From positions 1-63,327 of the forward strand of contig NW_021832013.1 in the NCBI RefSeq assembly GCF_006345805.1: a DNA stretch of 63,327 bases. The letters run 5' to 3'. Position 1 is the first letter of the stretch, and the number at the start of each line of letters is the position of its first letter. This DNA is from Octopus sinensis (taxonomy: Eukaryota). Shown here piece by piece: positions 1-12,860 of the stretch. The translations under genes were made by a program, and so were the position numbers. The notes beneath the pieces were generated by a model. It saw only the letters and a program-made list of their open reading frames with translations. It ran no database searches and had not been told where the DNA came from.

Positions 1-169
1 CGTGCTGTCTTCTGCTGTGATTTTTGCTACCAAGGTATCGGTTAAACTTTTGATTAATCTGCAACAAGATTATTCATCTTTCTATTTCACAAAATATATA
101 TATATATATTATAATATATATATATATATATATATGCACAACTTATTAACAAGGGCAAAAGAAAAATAT

Positions 170-292
170 TTCTAACGCCAAATATGCCTAAACTAGACAC
201 ATCGTCCATAACCATAACCATCAACCATAAGCAATTCATCACTATAAGTGTTATGGACGATGTGTGTAGTTTCGGCATATTTGGCATTAGAA
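170..292. repeat. Short inverted repeat, ~43-bp arms with ~37-bp spacer
   Basis: 170-212 ttctaacgccaaatatgcctaaactagacacatcgtccataac matches the reverse complement of 250-292 with about 3 mismatches. Confidence 0.75.
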
Positions 293-804
293 TTTTTTTC
301 TTTTGCCCTTGTTTATAAGTTGCTTATAAATTTAACCTTTAAAGTTATTTTTTATCCTGTATTAGATGTAAATTATAATATATACTTACAACCTTACGGT
401 CGTGAACTAAATAACCTAAGCACTAAGCCACTCGCTTTTACTACTTATATAGAAATGTGTGTGTGTGCATGTGTGCGAGTGCGCGTGTGTGTATGTGTGT
501 GTGTGTAGACAAACGGAAATATAGGTGAATATATAGATAAGCGTGTCTACATCATATTGATGCGATATTTCTTTGTTACAGCAATGTTATATACATTTCT
601 ATAATACTGTGCACTGAGTTGAAAAAAATAAATATATGCGAAACAGCTGATCCCCCTAAAATTTCGTCCTTGTGCCTAGAATAGAAAAGAATTACTAAAA
701 GTACAATGTACAATGTGTTTTGTCAGGGTGCCTTAGAGTGGGATCGAACCTAGAATACCGAACTTGCGAGACGGACTTCTTGTCTTCAAAAGTGGTACTC
801 TGTC

Positions 805-1085
805 ATTTACGACTACGTGGTTTCCAGTTGATCCGATCGACAGAAGAGATTGCTTGCGAAGTTGGCTGAAACTCTACTGCCACATGTGCCTTAATGTAGT
901 TCTCCGGGAGATTTTGCGTGCCACAGGAGGTGACAAGGCTGGCACACTGAAATAGAAGTACAGCTCATGTTTGTCTGCTGTATGTACTGGAACAACGGGA
1001 AATAAAGTGTCTTGCGCCCAGGGGAATCGAACACATGGCCTTGCGATCCTGAGCCACTGGTCTTCACCTTAGCAGCACAGTTATG
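805..1085 (-). mobile_element. Decayed tRNA-derived SINE (family C-type tail)
   Basis: 815-960 aligns by eye with the tail of the intact SINE at 59570-59720 (gttgatccga..., gtagttctc..., gtgacaaggc); degenerate tRNA-like head near 1020-1085 on the minus strand. Confidence 0.6.
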
Positions 1086-1285
1086 TCCGCGTCATTCAGA
1101 ATATGTGGTATTCTTGAATTATTTCCAGTTTTATTTTTTAATTTCATTAATTAGTTACTATTACGACTACAGTAAATAACATTATCTCTCGATATTAATT
1201 CATGGATGATAATAATAATAATAATGATAATAATAATAATAATGATAATAATAATAATAAAAATAATAATGATAATAATGATTTC

Positions 1286-1487
1286 AAACTTTTGCCACAA
1301 GAGCAGCTTGGGTAAGCAGATGAAGTCGATTACATCAACTCCAGTGTTTCACTGGTATTTAATTTATCGACCCCGAAAGGATAAAAGGCAAAGTCGACCT
1401 CGGGGTAGTTTGAACTCAGAATATGGCGTCGTTCTTAGAAATACCGCTAAGCATTCCATCCAGCATGCTAACGAATCTGCCCGCCTT
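1286..1487 (-). mobile_element. tRNA-derived CORE-like SINE, family A
   Basis: Reverse complement carries head ggcgggcagattcgttagc, B-box-like gagttcaaac and the block gtcgactttgccttttatcctttcggggtcgataaa; same family as 19786-20000. Flanked by (TAA)n on both sides. Confidence 0.85.
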
Positions 1488-1498
1488 CAATAATAATG

Positions 1499-1574
<76 letters not shown>

Positions 1575-1597
1575 TTAATAATAATAATAATAATAAT

Positions 1598-3860
1598 GAG
1601 ACAGCAAAAGCAGAGAACTACAGACCAATAACCTGTCTCCCTACAATGTTCAAGGTATTTACTGCAGTGATATCGCAAAGGTTGAACAAGCACCTGGACG
1701 AAAACAAACTGTTCCCAGAAAGGCAGAAAGGATGCCGCAAAGGCTCATATGGCTGTAAAGATCAACTATGATTAATAAATCCATAACTGAAGACAGCCAC
1801 AGAAAGAAGAAAGGCCTCAGTATGGCCTGGATTGACTACAAAAGGCTTTTGATAGCATCCCCCACACATGGATCCTTGAACACTAGCCATTAACAAAGTA
1901 GCACCAACAATCATAAAATTCATAGAGCACTCTAGAAATAAATGGCAAACAGTCCTACACCTCCAAACAAAAGAGGGACTCATGAAAACCAAAGACAATC
2001 CCCATTAGAAGAGATATCCAGGGAGACACTCTCTCTCCACTCCTTTCTGCTTGGCACTGTCACCTCTATCTGATATAGTAATAGAACTGGATACGGATAT
2101 AATGTTACGGCAAAACGATCAGCCACCTTGTATATATGGATGACCTAAAACTAGAACGCTGCAAATGACACCAACAGCTGGAACACTATTAAAGACAGTT
2201 CATGGATTTACCAAAGAAATAGATATGAAATTTGGATTAGAAAAAATGCGCCAAAGTAACCATGAAAAGAGGAAAACTAGTTAAGAGTAGCAACATCACA
2301 CTATAAACCAATGAAATAAAGAATAGAGACCAAACCAAACTTACAAATACTTAGGAATCCATGACTAGATAAGACACAACACACACAAATGAAAGAGAAA
2401 ATAAAAAAGAATATTATAGACGAGTTAGATCAATACTAAAAACAGAGCTCAATGCTAAAAACAAGATAATAGGTATTAACACTTTAGCTGTCCCAGTTAT
2501 AAGTTACAGCTACAATATCCTTAACTGGACACGAAATGAACTGACCAAAATAGATAGGAAAACAAGAAAAATAATGACAGGATCTAGGAATGCATCACCC
2601 AAATCTGACATAGAAAGACTATATATCAGTATAGAAGTGGTAGAGGCCTTATACCAACTGGAAAACTACTATAAAATAACCACCATAGGACTGCAAAATA
2701 TCTACTTCAGAAGGAAGGAAAACTGATTCAAATAGCGGCAAACCCGAGTAAAACAAAAACTGTTCTCAGTATTTAAGGAAGCTGACAAATACAAGCAAGA
2801 AAGCATACCACCTAATAAATATGAAGAAGAAAAGAAGAAGAGAAGAAGAAGAAAGAAGAAGAAGAAGAAGAAGAAGAAAGAAGAAGAAAAGAAGAAGAAG
2901 AGAAGAAGAAGAAGACAAGAAGAAGAAGAAAAGAAGAAACAACAAAAGCTATAAAACAAATGAAATCCAAACTAAAAATAGAACAGCAACGAACCATAAT
3001 AAACGATGGCAAGAAAGCCCCTTCATGGTAAATACTGCACTAACTAAACGCAAAAGAAATAGACAAAGAAAAATCCCAGCAATGGTTAGAAGCTCAGGAC
3101 TCGAAGCAAAACAAAGGGATTTTTAATTGCAGCACAAGACCAAAGCCTCCCCACCAAAATTACCAAAAACATGTAATGAAAGAAATATAACAAGTAACTG
3201 CAGAATATGTGGAGATGGACAAGAAACAATAAATCATATTATCTCTAGCTGCCCAGTCCTGGCTAAGAAGGAATATATTCACAGACATGACAGAGTTGGA
3301 ACCTACATACATTGGAAGCTATGCCAACTTTATGGAATAACAACAGAAAAAAGATTGTATGGCACACACACCAGAAAAGGTCACAGAAACGAGAAGCAAC
3401 CATACTCGGGATATGTCCGATACACACAGATAGAAATTAAGGCCAACAGACCAGATATAGTTGTCAGAGATCATGAAGAAAAAAAAATGCTTTCTAATTG
3501 ATGTATCAATACCGGCAGATGACAACGTGTCTCTAAAAGAAATGGAGAAACTCTCAAAATACAAAGACCTGGAAATAGAGGTAACCAGAATGTGGAATCT
3601 GAAAACAGAAACAATTCCTATCATAGTAGGTGCATTAGGCATGATAAAAAATATTCAGAAAATACATACAAAAACACCAGGACTTACAAACACATATAAC
3701 ATACAGAAAATTGCACTACTAGGCACTGCACACATCCTACGCAGAATACTTCCATACAATAGCCATCAGAGTATCACAACAAATCACAGCACATACCCAA
3801 GGAACACAGAGCTGCGCTCGGTAGTGAAGTGTGAAAGCCGCTATAAAAATAAAACTACTG
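1598..3860 (+). mobile_element. 5'-truncated R4/Dong-clade non-LTR retrotransposon (RT + CCHC + REL endonuclease), frameshifted
   Basis: ENYRPITCLPTMFK, QKGCRKGSYGCKDQL, LYMDDLKL region, CRICGDGQETINHIISSC zinc knuckle, RPDIVVRD...FLIDVSIP and KLSKYKDL (PD-(D/E)xK REL). Begins inside a (TAA)n tract and ends ...aaaactactg|aataataat. Confidence 0.92.
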
Positions 3861-3946
3861 AATAATAATAATATAATAATAATAATAATAATCTAATACT
3901 AATAATAATAATAAAATAATAATAATAATAATAATAATATAATAAT

Positions 3947-6900
3947 CCCCGACCTCAAACACCATGTACAAAGGAACTACGAAGAAAAAAATTAAATGCC
4001 ACCGATACTATTCAACCCAAGAATAACAATCGAGCGGTACGTACAATTAAACCTACAACAAAAAATGTACGAAAAACTACACGTGCGAAATAATGTGACA
4101 ACAGAAATAAACGGACCGGTACCCTACGAAAATGACGACCGTCAAATAATGGGCCGACGTTGTACCTCATGTCCCGCAAATAAAACCCAAAAGACGTAAA
4201 TGGACACGTGAGGAATACATTTCTATCTTACACGCATACTACACAGCAGTACTCTACCCAAAAATGAAATACAACAACACATACATATAAAATATGGAAG
4301 GAAAATAATAGAGATATAGACTTGGATACAGCAATGAACCCTAATAAATTAGCTAACGTACGAAGATACATTCTCAACACAAAAAAATATCAGAAATAGA
4401 AATAGAACACCTAAAAGAAAACATACACCAGGAAATGTAGATAGAAGCCACACAACAATGCCCAATAATATAAACACTGAAACTGTAAAACACGAAGACA
4501 AACGCAACATTCCCAACAAACACGATGTAAACAACGAAGGGGAGCCCTAATGATTATGATAATATAAAAAATAAAATAATCTAGAACTGAAAACCACAGA
4601 GCCCAAAATGGACCACCGACCATACCTCCCAAGAATAAAAATAAACGAAATAACAACACCAATTATAAACAGCATAAACCTAGCCGTCACTGAACTAGCC
4701 ACTGAAACAAAAAAAGTGATATCAGTGAACTAAATGACTTGATATACGCAGCAGCCACTGCAGCCACAAAAGAAGCTGGATACTCACCCAAACCCGCCCA
4801 AACAGGAGTACCACCACTCAAACAAACCCTGTGGATAAATAACATCAAAAACAAAATTTAAAAAATTAGAAAAGACCTGTCGATCCTTAATGAAATCAGC
4901 AAAGAATCAACGCTACTGAGCAACAAAAAGAGAACAAAAATGCTCCACAAATATAACATCACAGAAAAGATTTGCCGGAGATAAGAAAAGCTGAAGCAAG
5001 ATATCCTTGCCAAAGCTCAAAGGATCCGCCGTTACAGAAACGCCAACGCTTCTTTGAACAGAACAAAAAATTCAACACCAACCCAAAAAAGTTCTACCAA
5101 GATCTGGGAAAAAATAAAATAGAAGTCACTGCAGCACCAACGGCAGAAGAATTGGAAGAATTCTGGAGAGAAATATGGGTCGGCGAACGAACAGCCAAAA
5201 AAAAGGAGTATGAAAATAACAACTCGGCATCTGAACAACTTTGACCCCCATAACAACTGAAGAGGTCACCCAGGCACTGCAAAGACAAGCAACTGGAAGG
5301 CACCTGGGCATGACAAGATCCCCAACTTCTGGTTGAAATATCTAACAGGAATGCACAAAAAGCTGGCTGAAAACTTTAACAGCATACTAGCAGAGCCAGA
5401 GACAATGCCTGAATGGCTCACGAAGGGGAAAACCATCTTAATTCCCAAATCAAATGAAACAGCAAAACCAGAAAACTACAGACCAATAACCTGTCTCCCT
5501 ACAATGTTCAAGGTATTTACTGCAGTGATATCGCAAAGGTTGAACAAGCACCTGGACGAAAACAAACTGTTCCCAGAAGAGCAGAAAGGATGCCGCAAAG
5601 GCTCATATGGCTGTAAAGATCAACTAATGATTAATAAAGCCGTAACTGAAGACAGCCACAGAAAGAAGAAAGCCCTCAGTATGGCCTGGATTGACTACAA
5701 AAAGGCGTTTGATAGCATCCCCCACACATGGATCCTTGAAAACACTAGCCATTAACAAAGTAGCACCAACAATCATAAAATTCATAGAGCACTCTATGAA
5801 TAAATGGCAAACAGTCCTACATCTCCAAACAAAAGAGGGACTCATGAAAACCAAAGACATCCCCATCAGAAAGAGGAATATCCAGGGAGACACACTCTCT
5901 CCACTCCTTTTCTGCTTGGCACTGTCACTCTATCTGATATGCTAAATAGAACTGGATGCGGATATAAATGTTACGGCAAAACGATCAGCCACCATTTATA
6001 TATGGATGACCTAAAACTATACGCTGCAAATGACAAACAGCTGGAAACACTATTAAAGACAGTTCATGGATTTACCAAAGAAATAGATATGAAATTTGGA
6101 TTAGAAAAATGCGCCAAAGTAACCATGAAAAGAGGAAAACTAGTTTAAAGTAACAACATCACACTAGATAAAACCAATGAAATAAAAATTAGACCAAAGC
6201 CAAACTTACAAAACTTAGGAATCCATGAACTAGATAAGACACAACACACACAAATGAAAGAGAAAATAAAAAAAGAATATTATAGACGAGTTAGATCAAT
6301 ACTAAAAACAGAGCTCAATGCTAAAACAAGATAATAGGTATCAACACTTTAGCTGTCCCAGTTATAAGTTACAGCTACAATATCCTTAACTGGACACGAA
6401 ATGAACTGTCCAAGATAGATAGGAAAACAAGAAAAATAATGACAGGATCTAGGATGCATCACCCAAATCTGACATAGAAAGACTATATATACAACGTATA
6501 GAAGGTGGTAGAGGCCTTATACAGCTTGAAAACTACTATAACTAACCACCATAGGACTGCAAAAACCTACTTCAGAAGAAAGGAAAACTGATCCAGATAG
6601 CAGCAAAACACGAGCAAAACAAACTGTTCTCAGTATTTAAGGAAGCTGACAAATACAAACAAGAAATCATACCACCTAATAAACACGAAGAAGAAGAAGA
6701 AGATGATGAAAAACAACAAAAGCTATAAAACAAATGAATCCAAACTAAAATAGAACAGCAACGAACCATGATAAACGATGGCAAGAAAAGCCCCTTCGTG
6801 GTAAATACTGCACTAAACTAAACGCAAAAGAAATAGACAAAGAAAGATCCCAGCAATGGTTGAGAAGCTCAGGACTCAAAGCAGAAACAGAGGGATTTTT

Positions 6901-7642
6901 TAATTGCAGCACAAGACCAAAGCCTCCCCACCAGAATTACCAAAACATGTAATGAAAAGAAATATTACAAGTAACTGCAGAATATGTGGGAGATGGACAA
7001 GAAACAATAAATCATATTATCTCTAGCTGCCCAGTCCTGGCTAAGAAGGAATATATTCACAGACATGACAGAGTTGGAACCTACATACACTGGAAGCTAT
7101 GCCAACATTATGGAATAACAACAGAAAAAATATGGTATAGGCACACACCAGAAAGGTTACAGAAAACGAGAAAGCAACCATACTCTGGGATATGCCGATA
7201 CACACAGATAGAGAAATTAAGGCCAACAGACCAGATATAGTTGTCAGAGATCATGAAGAAAAAAAATGCTTTCTAATTGATGTATCAATACCGGCAGATG
7301 ACAACGTGTCTCTAAAAGAAATGGAGAAACTCTCAAAATACAAAGACCTGGAAATAGAGGTAACTAGAACGTGGAATCTGAAAACAGAAACAATTCCTAT
7401 CATAGTAGGTGCATTAGGCATGATAAAAAAAAAATATTCAGACAAATACATAACAAAAACACCAGGACTTACAGACACACATATCATACAGAAAATTGCA
7501 CTACTAGGCACTGCACACATCCTACGCAGAGCACTTTCCATACAATAACCATCAGAGTATCACAACAAATCACAGCACATACCCAAGGCACACAGAGCTG
7601 CTCTCGGTAGTGAAGTGAAAGCACGCTATAAAAATAAAACTA

Positions 7643-7645
<3 letters not shown>
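3947..7645 (+). mobile_element. Near full-length (~3.7 kb) R4/Dong-clade LINE
   Basis: N-terminal Myb-like PKRRKWTREEYISILHAYY (4180-4240), KAPGHDKIPNFWLKYL, ENYRPITCL, AWIDYKKAFDSIPH, QGDTLSPLLFCL, HHLYMDDLKL, CRICGD...[22 protein letters not shown], stop at 7548, 3' UTR ending actactg before (TAA)n. Both flanks are TAA tracts. Confidence 0.95.
4180..7548 (+). pseudogene. Single ORF of the Dong-type LINE (Myb-like / RT / CCHC / REL), broken by many 1-bp indels
   Basis: Consecutive ORF-track fragments (4972-5244, 5333-5755, 5804-6148, 6986-7240, 7192-7548) join into one colinear protein across frameshifts. Confidence 0.85.
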
Positions 7646-7711
<66 letters not shown>

Positions 7712-7715
7712 AATA

Positions 7716-7762
<47 letters not shown>

Positions 7763-7763
7763 C

Positions 7764-7840
<77 letters not shown>

Positions 7841-7881
7841 AAGAAGAAGAAGAAGAAGAAGAAGAAGAAGAAGAAGAAGAA
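7646..7881. repeat. Compound trinucleotide microsatellite (AAT)n-(GAT)n-(AAG)n
   Basis: Directly visible; each block differs from its neighbour by one base of the repeat unit. Confidence 0.97.
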
Positions 7882-8320
7882 TAGTTGCAGACTAATAAAT
7901 GTAAATGTTCTCACTGATAAAAATATGTCTGTAAAGGAATTTGACAAATTAAGTAAATATAAGCTCCTGGAAATTAAAATACAAAAGATGTGACATCTTA
8001 AAGCGAGAAATGTTCCTGTTATTGTGGGTGTCCTAGGTATGAAAGAAAAGAGAAATCAAAAACATCTAGATAATATCCCAGAAGAACTATGCCTCAAAGA
8101 AATCCAAAAGATTATGTTGACAAGTACTATTCACATCTTTAGAAAAACCCTATCAACTTAAATATCTGTGTTGTATTACATGAAGATATTTCGCTACGAC
8201 CCCTGCCATTTCCCCTCTTAAAACTTTCAGTCATGTTGTAATATCTCTTATCCTTCACGAGCCCTAGGACGCTGGGTGTGTCTCGGCGAGTGATTGTAAC
8301 AAATATGCAGATTAAATGTA
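7882..8320 (+). mobile_element. 3' end of a second, diverged R4/Dong family
   Basis: Translates as LINVNVLTDKNMSVKEFDKLSKYKLLEIKIQKM*HLKARNVPVIVGVLGM..., paralleling [30 protein letters not shown] of the main family. Has a different 3' UTR that ends in a TAA-like tract. Confidence 0.8.
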
Positions 8321-8348
8321 AATAATTATAATAATAATACTGTATACA

Positions 8349-8418
8349 GTACGTTTCTCTGCCCTAGGTGTCAGGAAGACACTCGGCAAGAAATGGAAAC
8401 AGAACTGAAAGAAGATGC
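8349..8418 (+). mobile_element. Possible 3'-UTR fragment of a third TAA-tailed LINE family
   Basis: ccctaggtgtcaggaagacactcggcaag echoes the ccctagg...ctcggc motif of the 8250-8290 UTR and is followed by a TAA tract. Confidence 0.4.
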
Positions 8419-8435
8419 TAATGAAAATGATAAAG

Positions 8436-8480
<45 letters not shown>

Positions 8481-8484
<4 letters not shown>

Positions 8485-8834
8485 CAGCAGATGACAATGT
8501 GTCTCTAAAAGAAATGGAGAAACTTTCGAAATACAAAGACCTGGAAATAGAGGTAACTCGAATGTGGAATCTAAAAACAGAAACAATTCCTATCGTAGTA
8601 GGTGCATTAGGCATGATAAAAAATATTCAAACAAATACATAACAAAAACACCAGGACTTACAAACACATATAACATACAGAAAATTGCACTACTAGGCAC
8701 TGCACACATCCTACGCAAAACACTGTCCATACAATAACCATCAGAGCATCACAACTAATCACAGAACATACCCAAGGTACACAGAGCTGCGCTCGGTAGT
8801 GAAGTGAAAGCACGATATAAAAATAAAACTACTG
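8481..8834 (+). mobile_element. Severely 5'-truncated copy of the main Dong-type LINE
   Basis: [37 protein letters not shown], same 3' UTR ending actactg|aataat, TAA tracts on both sides. Confidence 0.92.
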
Positions 8835-9282
8835 AATAATAATAATAATAATGCACAAATTACTCTGATGTGTCCCTGCTTATTTCCGTTCTTCGTGTCG
8901 TCTTTGCTGTGATTATCATTGTTTATTCTTTCTTTATAATAGTGCATAACATGCAAAGCAGGAATTTCGTTACTAAGGGAGACTTTCGAGTGGAAGCAAA
9001 AGAATTAATTTTAAAAACATTGACTAGATAAATATTGGCAAGTATATTAAATTAGAAATTATCCTACAACAAATATAAAAAAAAAAGACTAGTAAAAATG
9101 TCAACCATCAACCTGTTGATAGTTGCAAACAAGCACATATACATTCCTAAACAGACAGACACACTCATATGAAAATATGCTTGAACAACAATTAATGAAA
9201 TATCGATTAAGCATTTTCCGAATCAGAAAGGAGTAAAATGTATGGGTTTATCTTCAACAGGCGAGACCTTTTGCAAACAACT

Positions 9283-9590
9283 TTGCTTCTCAACCAAATG
9301 GTTCCGGGTTCAGTCTCACTATGAGGCACGTTGCACAAGTGTCTTTGACTGTAGCCTCGAACCGACCACAGCCTTGTGAGTGCATACGGTTGAGGGAAAC
9401 AGAAAGAAGCCTGTCGTGTTTTTATGTGTGTGTGTGAGAGCGTGCATGTGTGTGTGTACGTTCCTGTGTCTGTATTTTTCCCACCATTACCGCTTGACAG
9501 TCGCCGTTGGAGGGTTTATGTACACATAACTTAACGGTTCAGCAAAAGAATTCGATAAAATAAGTACTAGGCTTAAAAAGTGTGCTCGGG
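9283..9590 (+). mobile_element. SINE family B (central microsatellite type), decayed
   Basis: ggttccgggttcagtc, gccttgtgagtg, gaaagaagcctgtcg, then a GT tract and taacttaacggttcagcaaaag; homologous to 48450-48842 and 44825-45155. Confidence 0.8.
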
Positions 9591-12429
9591 TTGACATATT
9601 TTGGGCAAGTAAATAAGTTTTTTTTTTTTTTAAAACATGACTTTTTGATACTACCTCGTTGATGGGTTGCTCTGTGTCGTCAGCAAATACGCAAGAAAAT
9701 TAAGTTTCCACATCATATTTTTAATTGTAGAGGACGCAATTTACTGATTTTTACTATTTTTTTGTATCAGTTATTAAAAAAATGAGTAAAATCAAGAAAT
9801 GCAATTTATAAGAAAATTCGTCGGCCAAAATGTGATGCTTTTTCTACAATAACTTAACATTTTTAGGTGATTCGCGTTGTTTTGAGATACCTATATTACA
9901 TCCGTTAAAAAACTTTATTGAATTCCTTGATAGTGAAGTATTTACATTCACAAACATAAAGCATTGTGAAAGAATCCGAACTACATGTTTTGTATCTTGT
10001 TTTATATTGTTTCGGAATTTTAATGTAAACGTTTAATGACATTCGAAAAATGAATTTTATGAGCTGAGTACCAGTGTATTTATATTGAGGATTATTACTC
10101 CATCATTGTGTGGTGAAAAACTAAATATTTTTTCCATTTTCTTGTTCAATATTGGAGATGAAATTTAAGAAAAACATTAAATTAAACTCGACGACCACAT
10201 TTAGTTATCTTGAAAATATTCAATTACAGCTGAACCCGGCAGAAAATGGTCTATGTCTATTTTTGCAATATATGTTGTTTTAAAATAATGCAAAAATATT
10301 AAAAGATAATATATTTTAAAATTAAATAAAAATACTTTTATAGCATTATCGGCTTCTTTTTCATTTCTTACTATAGAAGTTTATTTATAAAAGTAATACG
10401 AACGAAATTATCATGCAATCTAAGATTTGAGATGCTTTCGCCGTATACAGCTCTACATAACACCAGATAATATATAAAAAAAAAACATTACGAAAATGAT
10501 TCGATAAAATTCTTTAGAACCTTTGCTTCCGTGAAGAGGATTCAATCGGCCTCAAGAGAGGGGTATATTTCCACTAAATTGTAAATCTGAAGCTACAAAA
10601 AAATATTGTAACGTAAATATAATTTCAAGCAGAAGAAAGATTGAATGAAAAACTGTTTTAATATGAAAGAGCAGCGTAATCTTGAGGTGAAAACTCTAGG
10701 AGATGACTGTGTATCTGTGTATCTGTTCATGTTATTGCTTTCCAGTTACATAATAATTATTTTTCAAAGTGTGTGCGCTTAGTGAATCTGTTTCATCTGG
10801 AGCTTTAGAAGCCTTATTAAGGGAGATTTTTAAAAATTCCCTTTTCTCTGTTACTCAGAGATTATATCTCTGAGTTTGAATCTCATAGAGCTATATATTT
10901 AACATATAGTTCTATCTATTGATGCTAGAATTAGAAGTCTTTTCGTAACTTTCTCAATGCTTGACCAATTATATTGCGTTCTTGAACATAATTATGGGTA
11001 TGTAATTATAAGATGGGTGTTTAAGTCTTACTTGTCACACCTATATAAGAATTACCTTTTTCTAATTAGGCAGATTCTTTATAGGTGAAGTCACTCTCAC
11101 CTATAATTATTGTTTCTCTGTTGCACAGTCTCTCACCTGAGTATATATTAGGTTTACTGCACGTGCATGTACTTTTGGCCTTAGTGTCTAGCACAATTAC
11201 CTATAATCGGGTTGCACTAAGCAATACATTCGATAGCTTTAGTTAGAATTAGGCAATGCAAATTATATTCAGCTAAGCAACATATGTTGCATGTGTGTGT
11301 GTGTGCGTGTATGTGTGTGTTTGTGTGTGTATGTATACATGCATGTATATACACTCACACACGCAAAAGTACCCTCGCACGCGTGTATAGATTATTATTC
11401 CGTTAGATTCACTTCAACATTTAAATTTAATTTGTCACAATATTTTCGTCACTTTGAGACCGCGGCCTGTTCACTGCAACAGATCGCGGTCTGAGAGCGA
11501 CGAAAATATTTTGACAAATTAAATTTAAATGTTGAAGTGAATCTAACGGCTTTTGTGTGTTTCTTAAATGGCTGCAATTGTTTTCGTTCCAGCACACGAT
11601 CTCAGATCAGGTCACTTGCTATGCAAGTAGACCTCCGTCATAATTATTGTTATTACACTATTGTTGTTTTCCTCGTTGCAGTCATTATTATCAGTTTCAC
11701 TTTTGTATTCCATCTCGACTTAAACATAGGCAACAACACGTGCGCGTGCACTCACACGCTCACACACACAGATACTCACACGAACGCAAGCACACAGACA
11801 CAGGCGCGCGCACACACACACACACACATACATGCGTGGGTGCGCGCGTGTGTTTCTGTGCGTGCATGTGTGTGAGTATACATACTATATCCGTACGCGT
11901 ATATGTATATGTGTGTGTGTGTGTGTGTGTGCCTTTCCGTGAGTATTTCAACTATTTAACCGGGTTAATTTCAATCTGCTTTATATTTATCAAATTCAGT
12001 CAAGGCGCTAATGCAGATTTTCGTCTGTTAAGACACACGCCTACGTATAGCAAGCAAACACATATAAACATATATAGATTCTGTCCTCTAAATTCCACTT
12101 ACAATATCCTCATCAGCCTGAGGATAAAGCTGAGTAATCTCACCCATTCGCTTTTGAATAATGGCTTCAAATCCGACACCAGGAGGCTACCGAGGATAAG
12201 CCTTAAAAACACTGTCCGTTATATATTGTATAACAGCACATCTTTTGTGTGCGGAGTACACAAGTTATAAAGAAAAAAAACCTTAATTTTTGTTTGAAAT
12301 TGAATACAAGCTTTTGAATGTTCGTGTTGTTAACAATGTAGATTACATAACTAGTGATATGGTGTTACCCGTATGTAACCATGTGACCGATATTCTTCAA
12401 TGAAATCATCGTACGGACTTAACATGTAC

Positions 12430-12617
12430 GCATCAAGCGAATATACATTATGTGTGTGTGTGTGTGTTTGTGTGTGTACATGTATATATGTATACACATA
12501 TATACATACACATATAGGAATATATACGTGTACATGCGTTTATATCTACACACCAAAATATACATATATATATACGTATAATATATATATATGTATGTAT
12601 ATATACACATACATACA

Positions 12618-12692
<75 letters not shown>

Positions 12693-12753
12693 AAATGAGA
12701 GAGAGATTGATAGATAAATAGATAGACAAATAGACAGATAGATATATACATAG

Positions 12754-12798
<45 letters not shown>

Positions 12799-12799
12799 T

Positions 12800-12860
<61 letters not shown>
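12430..12860. repeat. Compound (GT)/(TA)/(GATA) microsatellite block
   Basis: Directly visible. Comparable blocks occur at 14445-15170, 17190-17400, 17745-18020, 24210-24620, 25440-25750, 26790-26980, 39890-40170, 49120-49250 and 49690-49880. Confidence 0.95.
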
